A stretch of 64,000 nucleotides of DNA, taken from Nostoc sp. DedSLP01 (GTDB lineage: Bacteria; Cyanobacteriota; Cyanobacteriia; Cyanobacteriales; Nostocaceae). Positions 1 to 9,564 of the stretch are shown in pieces (the stretch's first letter is position 1; every line of letters begins with the position of its first letter). The notes beneath the pieces are model-generated. The model was not told the DNA's origin and ran no database searches. It was given only the letters and a program-made list of their open reading frames with translations. The translations under genes were made by a program, and so were the position numbers. The stretch spans positions 1-64,000 of the forward strand of contig JAVRCJ020000033.1 of NCBI GenBank assembly GCA_034530875.2, given 5' to 3'.

Positions 1-102
1 ACCCAATTTTTTCAAGGGTTATGTGCCTCCTAAACCTTTATCTGGCGGGGTCTAGAGGCGATTGTCGCCCCTTGAAGGAACATTCTCTAGAGGATTTCTA
101 CC

Positions 103-1335
103 ATGCTTTTAAATCTTGATAAAGTTCGTCAATATTTTCCCGCCTTAGCTGGGGAATGGACTTTTTTTGATAATGCTGGCGGGTCACAAACACTAAAAAA
201 AGTAGTAGATAGAATTAGCGAATTTCTCTTGACTTCTGATGTCCAGTTGGGAGCATCTTATGGAGTTTCCCAACTTGCAGGAGAACGATTAGATTTAGCA
301 ACTAAGGGGATGGCTACTTTGATTAATGCCAATTCTTCTAAAGAAGTGGTGATGGGGCCATCTACTACGATGATGTTGAGAGTTCTCTCAATATGTTTGG
401 GTCAAACCTTCTCAGCAGGTGATGAAATTATTGTTACTAATTGCGACCATGAGGCGAATATTGGTGCTTGGGTTGGTCTAGAAAAGCAAGGAATCAAGGT
501 TAAAGTGTGGCAAATTCGCCGAGATACTTTGGAATTCGATCTGGCAGATTTAGAACCATTGATGAATCAGCGCACAAAATTAGTCGCTTTAACTCATGCT
601 TCTAATATTTTGGGAACTATCAATCCTATTAAAGAAATTGCTAAATTTGTACGCGATCGCGGTGCTATGATTTGTGTCGATGGCGTAGCTTATGCACCGC
701 ATAGATTGATTGATGTCCAAGATTTAGATGTTGATTTTTATGCTTTGAGTTTTTATAAAGTCTACGGGCCCCATCATGCTTTACTTTATGGCAAAGAGGA
801 ACATTTATTAAGATTGCCTGGGCTGAATCATTATTTTATCGAACAAACAGATATACCTTATAAATTCCAACTGGGAAATGTCAATTTTGAACTAAGTTAT
901 GGAATGTTGGGTTTATGCGATTATCTGGGCGAATTAGCACAATTACACTACGACAATCAAACTGCATCCGGTTTGAGAAGTCAGATGGTGCAGGCATTTG
1001 ATTTAATTAGCATACATGAAGAGACGATTAGCGATCGCCTCCTTAATTACCTCAACAGCAAGCCCAATGTCCGAGTTATAGGTCAATCAAAAGCCGATCG
1101 CAATTTCCGCGTGCCTACTATATCTTTTGTTGTCGATGGAATGCATAGTTCAACTATTCCGTTAAAAGTTGACAAACATTATATTGGAATTCGCTACGGA
1201 CACTTTTATGCGAAACGCTTAATTGAATATTTGGGATTAGCATCCCAAGGTGGAATAGTCAGGGTGAGTATGGTACATTACAACACCCTTGAGGAGGTTA
1301 ACAGGCTAATTGAAGCTTTTGAAGAGGTATTTTAA
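103..1335 (+). CDS. Cysteine desulfurase-like PLP enzyme (aminotransferase class V)
   Basis: FFDNAGGSQ, DHEAN and SFYKVYGPH (PLP Lys) motifs; C-terminal RVSMVHYNTLEEV. The position of the catalytic Cys reads IRYGHFYA, as in the Cys-less subfamily. Confidence 0.85.
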   Translation: MLLNLDKVRQYFPALAGEWTFFDNAGGSQTLKKVVDRISEFLLTSDVQLGASYGVSQLAGERLDLATKGMATLINANSSKEVVMGPSTTMMLRVLSICLGQTFSAGDEIIVTNCDHEANIGAWVGLEKQGIKVKVWQIRRDTLEFDLADLEPLMNQRTKLVALTHASNILGTINPIKEIAKFVRDRGAMICVDGVAYAPHRLIDVQDLDVDFYALSFYKVYGPHHALLYGKEEHLLRLPGLNHYFIEQTDIPYKFQLGNVNFELSYGMLGLCDYLGELAQLHYDNQTASGLRSQMVQAFDLISIHEETISDRLLNYLNSKPNVRVIGQSKADRNFRVPTISFVVDGMHSSTIPLKVDKHYIGIRYGHFYAKRLIEYLGLASQGGIVRVSMVHYNTLEEVNRLIEAFEEVF

Positions 1336-1420
1336 TATTGTGCATAGGGCATTGGGCATTAATTATTTTCCTTTGCCCTTCTAGTACTAGCAAGGTTGAA
1401 AACTACCAGGAGAATTGAAA

Positions 1421-2074
1421 ATGGTCAGCAGCCTTAAAGAACTAATTGATGAGCCAGAATTGCGGCATAGTGACGACCCAGAGGAAAGGTTTATCAGCAG
1501 TGGTGTAAGTTGGGAAAATTATGAATCTTTACTAGCAAAATTAGAAGGCAATTCTCATTACCGCATTACTTATTTAGATGGAATATTAGAGATAGTGTCA
1601 CCCTCAATTAGGCATGAAAAAATCAAAACGAATTTAGGGATGCTGTCAGAACGTTTCTTTTACAGCAAGCGAATTCGTTTTACACCTATGGGAAGTTCTA
1701 CTTTTAGAAACAAAGCAAAAAAAGCAGGGGCGGAACCAGACGAATGCTACTGTATAGGTGAAGAAAAAAAGATACCAGACTTAGCCATAGAAGTTGTTCT
1801 TACTAGTGGCAATATAAATAAACTCGAAATTTACCGGAGATTAGGAGTTAAAGAAGTTTGGTTTTGGGAAAGAAACCAGTTGAAGTTATACCATCTCCGA
1901 GACAATCAAGAGAAGGAGCAAGCTACAGTTTACCCGGATACCTATGGATATGAGCAAATCGCAAAAAGTGAGATTTTGCCAGAATTAAATATTTCGCTGT
2001 TAGAGCGATGCATTTCAATTTCAGATTCAATTCAAGCGATTGATGAATTTGAACAAGGATTAAAAGCAGAGTAA
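1421..2074 (+). CDS. Uma2 family (PDDEXK-like) putative endonuclease
   Basis: GVSWENYE, RITYLDGILEI, AEPDECYCIG, PDLAIEV and LGVKEVW motifs; ATG at 1421 follows GGAG. Confidence 0.9.
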   Translation: MVSSLKELIDEPELRHSDDPEERFISSGVSWENYESLLAKLEGNSHYRITYLDGILEIVSPSIRHEKIKTNLGMLSERFFYSKRIRFTPMGSSTFRNKAKKAGAEPDECYCIGEEKKIPDLAIEVVLTSGNINKLEIYRRLGVKEVWFWERNQLKLYHLRDNQEKEQATVYPDTYGYEQIAKSEILPELNISLLERCISISDSIQAIDEFEQGLKAE

Positions 2075-2133
2075 AACAATTTTGGATTTTGAATTTTTAA
2101 TCCAAAATCCAAAATTGAAAATATAAAATTTGC

Positions 2134-3897
2134 TTAAGTTTCTTCAAATAAACGATCGCCCCGATGTAATCTATAAGCAATTTGATAAGTTTGCCCTTGC
2201 GATCGCATTGTCGGAGAATGAGCTGCTAAATACCGAGAAGCTGCAACCAATACATGAATTCCAGCCGGAGTATGACCTAACAGCGAGTATTGACGAAAAG
2301 CTGCTTCTATTTCTTGAATTACATGAAAATCGCGGTTTTCTCGCAACATCATTTTTCCCAGCAGTGCGATGAGTTTTTCAGCAGAACCACCACTATATAA
2401 ATAAGTAGCCACTAATTTGCCTGTCTGGTTTACTTGCTGCTGACGATTTAATAAATCCGGTAGCTGCTGGAGTAATTCTTCAGGATTTTCTATCGCATCT
2501 TTGGGTTCTGGAAGCCGCGCTGGTGGTACATTCAAAAAACGATTTAAGTATACGCTCATCGCCGCATCAAAGACACCTTTTAATAGTTCGACTGTTGTTA
2601 CTCTTCGTAAGCCTTGATGTACGGCGTTAGCAAAAGTAAATGGATGGTGTGCGGAATTCCAATCTCCAAAGTCATTATTGGTATTGAAACGAGCTACACG
2701 CAGAGATGCTGTATAAGTAACTACGCTTGCTAATTGTTCTTCAGTACAACCTGTTTGGAGTGCGTTTAGTAGAGAGTTGGCGATCGCTTGTGGGTCTTCG
2801 CCTAATAAAATTGGTACTAATTCATCCCAGTTCAACCAAGTTCCTTGTCGAGATTTCCCCGCGCTTAAAACGGTGGGTAATTGCTCGAAAGCCGACTCTA
2901 AAATTGCTACCAAATCTATAGGGTAGCGCCAGGAATTTGATTCTTCCATGCGCGATGCGTCGGCTAAACCTGAAACTAAACTCGCAAGAATAGATTCTGC
3001 TCTTTGCCAATTGACAGCATCAAGAGCTTCTAGTGCTTTGTTGATAAAATCAAGCGTGTGCCCGACATCAAGATAGCGATGGTCTGTAGCAGCACAGAAT
3101 AACATATCTGCAATTTGCTCTTCATTCGCTCCCGAACGGATAGCAGATACCAGACATCTTTGCGCAGCTTCACCATCTCGTACCTCAATAAACTGGCGAA
3201 ACCAGCTTTTAAGAGTAGCAAAATCCAGTGTAGAGTTCGGTAACGGATGAACGGGAAACAAAGGCGGCGCACCTGCGCTATCGTTAGCTACTGCGGAAAG
3301 TCCTTGAAATAAAGCACGGGGTCGATCTTCTTTATCTAAATAAGGTAGTAGATTCATCATACAGGTGTGGATAGTTAAACCCGTACTCCAACCTGCTTTG
3401 TTGTAACGAGTGCCAAATTCTAGCCCCATTTGAAATGCTTGGGCCGGATTGACTTCTAGATCTAAAAGTGCGATCGTTGATTTAGCAATTACTAAAGAAA
3501 TATTTTGCTTTAAACCATCTTCGAGGCGTTCGCGGTGGTGAGCATGAAGGTTAACTGGAGGTGCTAAATTTACCCAAACTTCACCATTGCGGATTTCTAT
3601 GGGAAAAGAAGGCACATCATCTGCCCAAGAGTCAAAGGTTCCACCGCTAGCAAGGTCGAAGCGGGCATAATGCCAAGGGCAAGTAACAATACCATCCTTG
3701 CAAGTGCTACCTTGTAGGGGAAAGCCCATGTGTGGGCAACGGTTATCAATTGCATAGACTTTATTATCTGAATAAAACAAAACAATAGTATGTTTTTCCT
3801 TGTGGACTAACAAACTGCCTGCTGCCTGAACGTCTGCAAGTTTAGCAACAAGCGTATAATCGTCTTTATCGGTTGGACGTTCAAATATTTGAGTCAT
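2134..3897 (-). CDS. Rieske [2Fe-2S] domain protein with a long helical C-terminal region
   Basis: N-terminal CPHMG...CPWHYARFD Rieske motif; ATG at 3897 preferred over the TTG at 3912. Confidence 0.85.
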   Translation of the reverse strand: MTQIFERPTDKDDYTLVAKLADVQAAGSLLVHKEKHTIVLFYSDNKVYAIDNRCPHMGFPLQGSTCKDGIVTCPWHYARFDLASGGTFDSWADDVPSFPIEIRNGEVWVNLAPPVNLHAHHRERLEDGLKQNISLVIAKSTIALLDLEVNPAQAFQMGLEFGTRYNKAGWSTGLTIHTCMMNLLPYLDKEDRPRALFQGLSAVANDSAGAPPLFPVHPLPNSTLDFATLKSWFRQFIEVRDGEAAQRCLVSAIRSGANEEQIADMLFCAATDHRYLDVGHTLDFINKALEALDAVNWQRAESILASLVSGLADASRMEESNSWRYPIDLVAILESAFEQLPTVLSAGKSRQGTWLNWDELVPILLGEDPQAIANSLLNALQTGCTEEQLASVVTYTASLRVARFNTNNDFGDWNSAHHPFTFANAVHQGLRRVTTVELLKGVFDAAMSVYLNRFLNVPPARLPEPKDAIENPEELLQQLPDLLNRQQQVNQTGKLVATYLYSGGSAEKLIALLGKMMLRENRDFHVIQEIEAAFRQYSLLGHTPAGIHVLVAASRYLAAHSPTMRSQGQTYQIAYRLHRGDRLFEET

Positions 3898-3988
3898 TTT
3901 ATTTACATCCAAGTTGAATAAGAAGCTTTTCTTCTACTGTGACAAAATTTTGCTTGATTTGAGCATCGTAGAATTCTAATTTTTGTTA

Positions 3989-4089
3989 ATATCAAGTTGC
4001 AATCAAAGATAGTAACTTGGGCTGGGAGTAGGGAGTAGGGAGTAGGGAGTGGGGAATAGGAATACTATTTCTGAACGCAACTTAGTATA
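3989..4089. mobile_element. MITE-like element with an internal GGGAGTA heptamer tract
   Basis: Imperfect terminal inverted repeats ATATCAAGTTGC...GCAACTTAGTAT around (GGGAGTA)n. Confidence 0.55.
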
Positions 4090-4160
4090 AAAATACCTCT
4101 GTTCCTTGTAGGTAAGGTTCCAAGGCAGAGGTATGAATTATTAATTCTTATTTTTAAACA

Positions 4161-4260
4161 AATACGGTTCAGTTAAAGGCTAGTTGTACAAAATTGTGGG
4201 TTTATGAGACGCGATAAATCGCCGTCTGTACAAGTGTTTTGGTCTTATCTTAACTGTATT
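4161..4260. mobile_element. MITE-like element (AATAC...GTATT ends) carrying a GAGACGCGAT palindrome
   Basis: Ends AATACGGTTCAGTTAA and CTTAACTGTATT; its right half matches the element at 56787-56864. Confidence 0.6.
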
Positions 4261-4269
4261 TTTAAGGCA

Positions 4270-5502
4270 TCACAACTGCAAAACTTCCACTTCTTCTTGG
4301 GGATAAATTAATGTTTTTCCCACGGGGAGAACAGCTAAAGCATTGGTTTGAGCTAAATTGATTAAATTGCCAGAACTGTGGCTACCAGAAGCTTTGTGAA
4401 ATTCATAAACTCCGTTATTTAAACACAATTTACCCCAAAGATAAGTTTCACGCTTACCACCCGATCGCAATTCATCATGCGATCGTACTTTTAAAAATAC
4501 TGGTTCCCAACCTTCTTTAATTCCTGAAAGTTTTTTAATCGCTGGTAGCACAAACCGCCAAAAAGTTACTAATACAGATGCCGGATTTCCTGGTAAACCA
4601 AAGTAGAGAGAGGAATGGGGATTTGGGAAGGTAGCGACAGTGAGGGGTTTACCTGGGGCGATGTTTACAGCCTGAATGTGAATTGTCGCTCCTAGCGATT
4701 GAAGAATTTTATCAACGTAGTCATAATCTCCCACTGAAACACCGCCAGAAGATAAAACTATATCAGCCATTGCAACAGCCTTTGCCATGATTTTTTCCAA
4801 AGCTGCTGGTTCATCCTTGACAATGCCTAGTAGTAATGGTTCTGCTCCACATTCTTTGACTAAAGCTGCCAATGCATATTGATTAGAATCGACAATTTGC
4901 CCTGGTTGCAACGATTCATCAGCTGTTACCAACTCGTCACCAGTAGAAAAAATTGCCACGCGGGGACGGCGGTAAACATTTAACTTTGGACACTGAGCTG
5001 CCGCCAATACCGAAATTTCTGGGGCATTTAACTGAATACCTGCTGGTAATAGTTGCGTTCCAGATTGGTAAAAAGATGCTTTGTGTCTCACAAATTCCTG
5101 GGGTTGTGGCGCAGCTAAAATGAAAACGCGGTTTTCTTCCCGCCGCGTTTTTTCTTGCATCACGACAGTATCTGCACCTGCTGGCATTAGGGCACCTGTG
5201 AAAATCCGCGCTGCTTGCCCTGGCGCAATCGTAGACTTGGGCTGATATCCAGCCGGAATTTCTTCTACAATTTCCAAAACGGCAGCTTGTTCGACGCCAG
5301 AGTGTTGCACATCTTCGTAGCGGACTGCATACCCATCCATTGCAGAGTTATCCCAGTGGGGAAAATCTAGGGGACTGGTGACGGGTGCTGCCAAAATCCG
5401 GCTATAGGCTGTTAATAAATCTACTAGTTCTATATCCCGTTGGTTATCCAACGGCTGTATCAAATCTAAGATAATTGCTTGTGCCTCGCTGACTGATAGC
5501 AT
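4270..5502 (-). CDS. moeA: Molybdopterin molybdotransferase (gephyrin-like)
   Basis: DNSAMDGYA, IFSTGDE, SGGVSVGDYD, PGKP and LPGNP motifs; likely start MLSVSEA at 5502. Confidence 0.95.
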   Translation of the reverse strand: MLSVSEAQAIILDLIQPLDNQRDIELVDLLTAYSRILAAPVTSPLDFPHWDNSAMDGYAVRYEDVQHSGVEQAAVLEIVEEIPAGYQPKSTIAPGQAARIFTGALMPAGADTVVMQEKTRREENRVFILAAPQPQEFVRHKASFYQSGTQLLPAGIQLNAPEISVLAAAQCPKLNVYRRPRVAIFSTGDELVTADESLQPGQIVDSNQYALAALVKECGAEPLLLGIVKDEPAALEKIMAKAVAMADIVLSSGGVSVGDYDYVDKILQSLGATIHIQAVNIAPGKPLTVATFPNPHSSLYFGLPGNPASVLVTFWRFVLPAIKKLSGIKEGWEPVFLKVRSHDELRSGGKRETYLWGKLCLNNGVYEFHKASGSHSSGNLINLAQTNALAVLPVGKTLIYPQEEVEVLQL

Positions 5503-5547
5503 AGCCAATGGCTCCAGTTTCGTACTCTTATAGTTAATCAATTAGCA

Positions 5548-6825
5548 TCAAACTTTAAGTGGAAGGTTAATTTGAAAAGTTGAACCTTGACCAACTGTAC
5601 TTTTAACAGTTATTTGGCCATTGTATCCTTGCACAATTTGTTGAGCGATCGCCAGTCCCAGTCCAAAGCCGCCAGTTTCCCGAGAACGAACAGTATCTAC
5701 ACGATAAAAGCGATCGAAAATATGTGGTAAATCAGCAGTCGGAATACCAATACCGTTATCTTTAACCTGAATTACCGCCCAGTGAGACTGAGTAAAAAGT
5801 AGTAATTCGACCTTACCGCCTGCTGGTGTATATTTGAAAGCATTAGTCAGTAGATTAATCGCCGCTTGTTTGAGCAAATTGGCATCAGCTTCTAACATTA
5901 TCGGTTGTTCTGGCAATTGGGCGTTGAAATTGAGGTTTTTAGCAGGAGCTTGAACTGTAAAATCCTGTGCAAGGGATTTCAAAATTTCACACAAATCAAC
6001 CGATTTTAATATCGTGTCCGTCAGCGAACCATTATGACGCGACAGAAAAAGCAAATTGTTAATTAGCGTACTCATGGATTTAGCAGTTTCGGCAATATTT
6101 TGCAGCCGCAATCTTTGTTCTGCTAAATCTTCTGGTGGCATTAGCGCAACCTGGGCATTACTCAATACCGTAGCCACAGGTGCGCGTAATTCATGAGAAG
6201 CATCAGCTGTAAATCGCTGCAATTGCTGATAAGCCCGCAAACTTGGCCGCATCGCCAACCCGCCCAAAAACCAACCCGTAATTCCAATTACACCAAAAGT
6301 AAAAGGAACCCCCAAAGTAAGAAAGAAACGGGCTTGATTCAGGTTAGTGCGTAAAGAGTTCATGGGAACCGCCGTTTGGAAATAGCCAATTAACTCTTTA
6401 TCAGACAAAACAGGAATTGTAATTTGGCGAACCCAGGTTGTTTTGTTGGGCAAATCTGAATTGAGTGGTATTTCCAGCGTTTGAAATCCTGGTTCGGGTG
6501 TTAGCTGTTTGTTCCCAGACGAACCGATAAATTGCACCAGTTGTTTGTGAGAGTTATACCATCGAGCGTAAACTAGTCCACCATTCAAAGATGTACCGTT
6601 TTCTAGAGAAATTTCTCGGTTGCGCTGATTTTGCCATTGACTTTGATAAAACGAGTATTCAGTTTTGCCAGCAAAAGCCTTACTTTGTGAAAATAGTTCC
6701 TCATCAAAAACCTGCAACTGCTCTTCCACACTCAGACAGTAGCCCACCCCAGCAAACGCAAACAAAATTCCACCCATCGACAGGGCAAACCAGTGAGCAA
6801 GATTACGGCGGCTATGTTCAAACAT
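5548..6825 (-). CDS. Membrane sensor histidine kinase (RppB/NrsS-like)
   Basis: Two TM segments, H-box FTADASHELRAP, NLLTNAFKYT, DNGIGI, GGFGLGLAI. Confidence 0.9.
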   Translation of the reverse strand: MFEHSRRNLAHWFALSMGGILFAFAGVGYCLSVEEQLQVFDEELFSQSKAFAGKTEYSFYQSQWQNQRNREISLENGTSLNGGLVYARWYNSHKQLVQFIGSSGNKQLTPEPGFQTLEIPLNSDLPNKTTWVRQITIPVLSDKELIGYFQTAVPMNSLRTNLNQARFFLTLGVPFTFGVIGITGWFLGGLAMRPSLRAYQQLQRFTADASHELRAPVATVLSNAQVALMPPEDLAEQRLRLQNIAETAKSMSTLINNLLFLSRHNGSLTDTILKSVDLCEILKSLAQDFTVQAPAKNLNFNAQLPEQPIMLEADANLLKQAAINLLTNAFKYTPAGGKVELLLFTQSHWAVIQVKDNGIGIPTADLPHIFDRFYRVDTVRSRETGGFGLGLAIAQQIVQGYNGQITVKSTVGQGSTFQINLPLKV

Positions 6826-6995
6826 TGGGGGTTGGTGATTGGTGACTGGGGACTGGGGACTGGGGAATGGGACCTTGGGGATGCAGGAGGTGTGGGAGGA
6901 GGGAGAAGCATAAATTCTCTTTCCTCCACACTCCCCCAGCTACCTGCCCCCTGACTCTTAGTCCCCAGTCACCAGTCCCCAATCCCCAGTCCCTC
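6826..6995. repeat. STRR heptamer tracts in inverted arrangement (GGGGACT / AGTCCCC)
   Basis: Tandem GGGGACT/GGTGACT on the left, CCCCAGT/CCCCAAT on the right. Confidence 0.8.
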
Positions 6996-6997
6996 AA

Positions 6998-7672
6998 TTA
7001 ATTCGGCGGATTTAACCGATACCCCATACGATGCACGGTTTCTATCCAATCTTTGACGCCGATGGTTTGTAGGCGTTGGCGTAAGCGGCGAACTAAGGTG
7101 GTAATTGCGTTACTTTCAGGTTCCTCTCCGCAATTCCAAAGGGCTTGCTCAATTTGGCCGTGAGATAAGACTTGGCGGGGATGACGCATCATATATTCCA
7201 TTAATTGAAACTCGCGGCTGGAAAGTTGAGTTGTCAAGGAACCACGTTCGAGTATCAAATTGGATAAATGAAGCTGCAAATCGCCCAGAGTAAGTATATC
7301 TCCTTGCCACATTGGCGATCGCCTTCCTAGCGCCCGCACCCTTGCCAATAACTCCATCACATCCACGGGCTTGACTAAGTAATCATCAGCTCCAGCATCT
7401 AAACCCTTGACTTTATCTGCAACGGTGTCTTTCGCCGTTAGCATGAGTATGGGAGCCGCTTTTCCTGCTTGTCGATAAGCTTGGCACAATTCTACACCGC
7501 TGACTTTTGGCAACATCCAATCTAAAATCAGCAAATCATAGTCTTTGCGAAAGGCAAACCACTGCGCTGTATCACCATCAGTCACCGCATCTACTATATG
7601 CCCAGCTTTTAACAATGCTGCTCGCAGTGGCTCTAACTGTGATGAGTCATCTTCTACTAGTAAGATCAACAT
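6998..7672 (-). CDS. OmpR-family response regulator (RppA/NrsR-like)
   Basis: LLVEDD, LDWMLP, GADDYLVKP, winged-helix IETVHRMGY; lies upstream of the kinase. Confidence 0.92.
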   Translation of the reverse strand: MLILLVEDDSSQLEPLRAALLKAGHIVDAVTDGDTAQWFAFRKDYDLLILDWMLPKVSGVELCQAYRQAGKAAPILMLTAKDTVADKVKGLDAGADDYLVKPVDVMELLARVRALGRRSPMWQGDILTLGDLQLHLSNLILERGSLTTQLSSREFQLMEYMMRHPRQVLSHGQIEQALWNCGEEPESNAITTLVRRLRQRLQTIGVKDWIETVHRMGYRLNPPN

Positions 7673-7765
7673 CCAATTTGCCTAGCTTGCTGTGTTTGCT
7701 TACTTCATAGTTTTAATATTTAAGGTGAAATAATAACACAGAAGTAACAGTAAGTATTCTATCTC

Positions 7766-8161
7766 ATGCCTTCCATGCAGCAACTTAAACGTTTTCAGGT
7801 GTTGCGATCGCTGGGCTTGGTGTTTTGGTTGTCCTTACCCTTGATTGGGCTAGTTTTTTGGCTGGGAAGCGGCTTTGTTGGAGATCGGATTTTGAGTCAT
7901 TTTCGCACCACCAAAAAATATCTGCTAGCGGATACCCAATCTGCACGGCAGATGACGAAAAAAGTAGTAGCCATTGAGGTGGAAATTCTTCGACAACAAG
8001 GAATTTCACGGGTAAACGTGAAAACCAATAATTCAGTCCTCAAAACGATAGTATTTGAATTTCCAACCACAGATATGAGCCAACTTCAAACCACTCTCAG
8101 TCAAGAGTTAGGCTTACCACGCGATCGAGTTCAAGAATTGATTGTGAAAGTGGGGGAGTAG
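7766..8161 (+). CDS. Hypothetical membrane-anchored protein
   Basis: 131 aa with one N-terminal TM helix; divergent from the two-component pair. Confidence 0.7.
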   Translation: MPSMQQLKRFQVLRSLGLVFWLSLPLIGLVFWLGSGFVGDRILSHFRTTKKYLLADTQSARQMTKKVVAIEVEILRQQGISRVNVKTNNSVLKTIVFEFPTTDMSQLQTTLSQELGLPRDRVQELIVKVGE

Positions 8162-8370
8162 GGGACGAGGGGAGATGGGGAAGTGTGGGGAGTGTGGGGA
8201 GTGTGGGAAGAGAGGGAGGAGATGACGAGATGCAGGATGTGGGGAGTGTGGGAAGAAAGGGGGAAAGATTTCTTCCCACACCTCCCACACCTCTCACACC
8301 TCCCACACCTCCCACACCTCCCACACCTCCCACACTCCTTGCTTGCCCAATGCCCAATGCCCAATTCCCA
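8155..8370. repeat. Inverted nonamer tandem repeats (GGGAGTGTG / CCTCCCACA) plus CCCAATG heptamers
   Basis: Tandem repeats visible directly; the two halves are mutually complementary. Confidence 0.85.
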
Positions 8371-8434
8371 CCATAATATTAAAAACAGGAGCGATCGTTA
8401 TTTCTCAACCCCTAAATAAAACTACTTACTTTGT

Positions 8435-8992
8435 ATGACCATCGAACGCGTTCGGCAAAAACACTATCCCAAGGCTGATATTGGGCGACGAGGTATGGCG
8501 TTGGGGTTAGATTTTGTTGTTGTCTGGTTAGTCAGTTCCTTACTAGGAAGCGGCGATATTGGCATTCAATTTGTGCAAATCCTAGTTTTTCTCTTGTTTT
8601 GGCTAATTTTGCGAGTTGTGGTGGTATACAACAATCAAGGACAAAGTTTAGGGCGTTGGGCGTTTGATTTAAAGGTGCTGGAAGTCAGAGATGGCGAAAT
8701 AATTGGCAGAATCCCAGATTTACAGTCTCTACTGAAGCGAGAGGCAATTATCGGCTTGGGTGCGCTTTTAGTCTCCATTGCTTTAAACAATATTAGAGCC
8801 AATCCCACTGCTATACTGCTAGTGTTTCCTTTAGCAATTGATTGTGGTGCTGCCTTATCTGATGCCCAGATGCGGCAGGCTTTACACGATCGCTTTTGCG
8901 GAACTTTTATCGTTTCTTCCCGTCGGGGTTATTCGCTGGATATTAAAGTTAAAAAATTACTTGAAAATATCCGCCAGAATGTGAGAAGATAG
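8435..8992 (+). CDS. RDD family membrane protein
   Basis: RRGMALGLD, GQSLGRWAFDLKV and RQALHD motifs. Confidence 0.85.
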   Translation: MTIERVRQKHYPKADIGRRGMALGLDFVVVWLVSSLLGSGDIGIQFVQILVFLLFWLILRVVVVYNNQGQSLGRWAFDLKVLEVRDGEIIGRIPDLQSLLKREAIIGLGALLVSIALNNIRANPTAILLVFPLAIDCGAALSDAQMRQALHDRFCGTFIVSSRRGYSLDIKVKKLLENIRQNVRR

Positions 8993-9035
8993 TCATTTGT
9001 GTTAATTCTCTTCAGGCTTTACTGTTTGTAAGATT

Positions 9036-9230
9036 ATGGCTAAGAGTAAAGGTGTCCGCATAATTGTGACATTAGAATGTACCGAGTGTCGGACAAATCC
9101 AGAAAAGCGTTCTCCTGGTGTATCGCGTTACACCAGCACTAAGAATCGCCGCAATACGACTAACAGGCTAGAACTGAAAAAGTTCTGCACCCACTGTAAT
9201 AAACATACCGTTCACAAGGAAATTAAGTAG
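9036..9230 (+). CDS. rpmG: 50S ribosomal protein L33
   Basis: [11 protein letters not shown]...[21 protein letters not shown]. Confidence 0.98.
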   Translation: MAKSKGVRIIVTLECTECRTNPEKRSPGVSRYTSTKNRRNTTNRLELKKFCTHCNKHTVHKEIK

Positions 9231-9232
9231 AA

Positions 9233-9448
9233 ATGAGCTATTTCCGTCGTCGCCTTTCTCCAATTAAGCCAGGAGAACCAATAGACTATAAAGACGTTGA
9301 TTTGTTGCGTAAGTTTATCACCGAGCGAGGCAAGATATTGCCACGGCGGATTACAGGGCTTACATCTCAGCAACAGCGAGAGTTGACATTAGCAATTAAG
9401 CGATCGCGGATTGTGGCTTTGTTGCCATTTATCAACGCGGAAGGCTAA
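9233..9448 (+). CDS. rpsR: 30S ribosomal protein S18
   Basis: [26 protein letters not shown]. Confidence 0.98.
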   Translation: MSYFRRRLSPIKPGEPIDYKDVDLLRKFITERGKILPRRITGLTSQQQRELTLAIKRSRIVALLPFINAEG

Positions 9449-9564
9449 AAAGAGTTATGAGTGATGAGTTATGAGTGATGAGTTACGAATCAAAACTCTT
9501 AACTCCTAACTCCTAACTTACAAATTATTTAAACTGTTCATTAAATAAATAAAGTGCGAGAGTT

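Noticed and set aside
11..76. Stem-loop TTCAAGGG...CCCTTGAA upstream of the first gene
   Set aside because: It is at the window edge and single-copy here, so it cannot be classified.
103..1335. Calling this gene sufS, iscS or nifS
   Set aside because: The catalytic Cys loop is absent and there are no isc/suf neighbours.
8097..8419. Low-complexity ORFs (GGV, GRC, PHL and PTP repeats)
   Set aside because: They are translations of nonamer tandem repeats, open in several frames on both strands.
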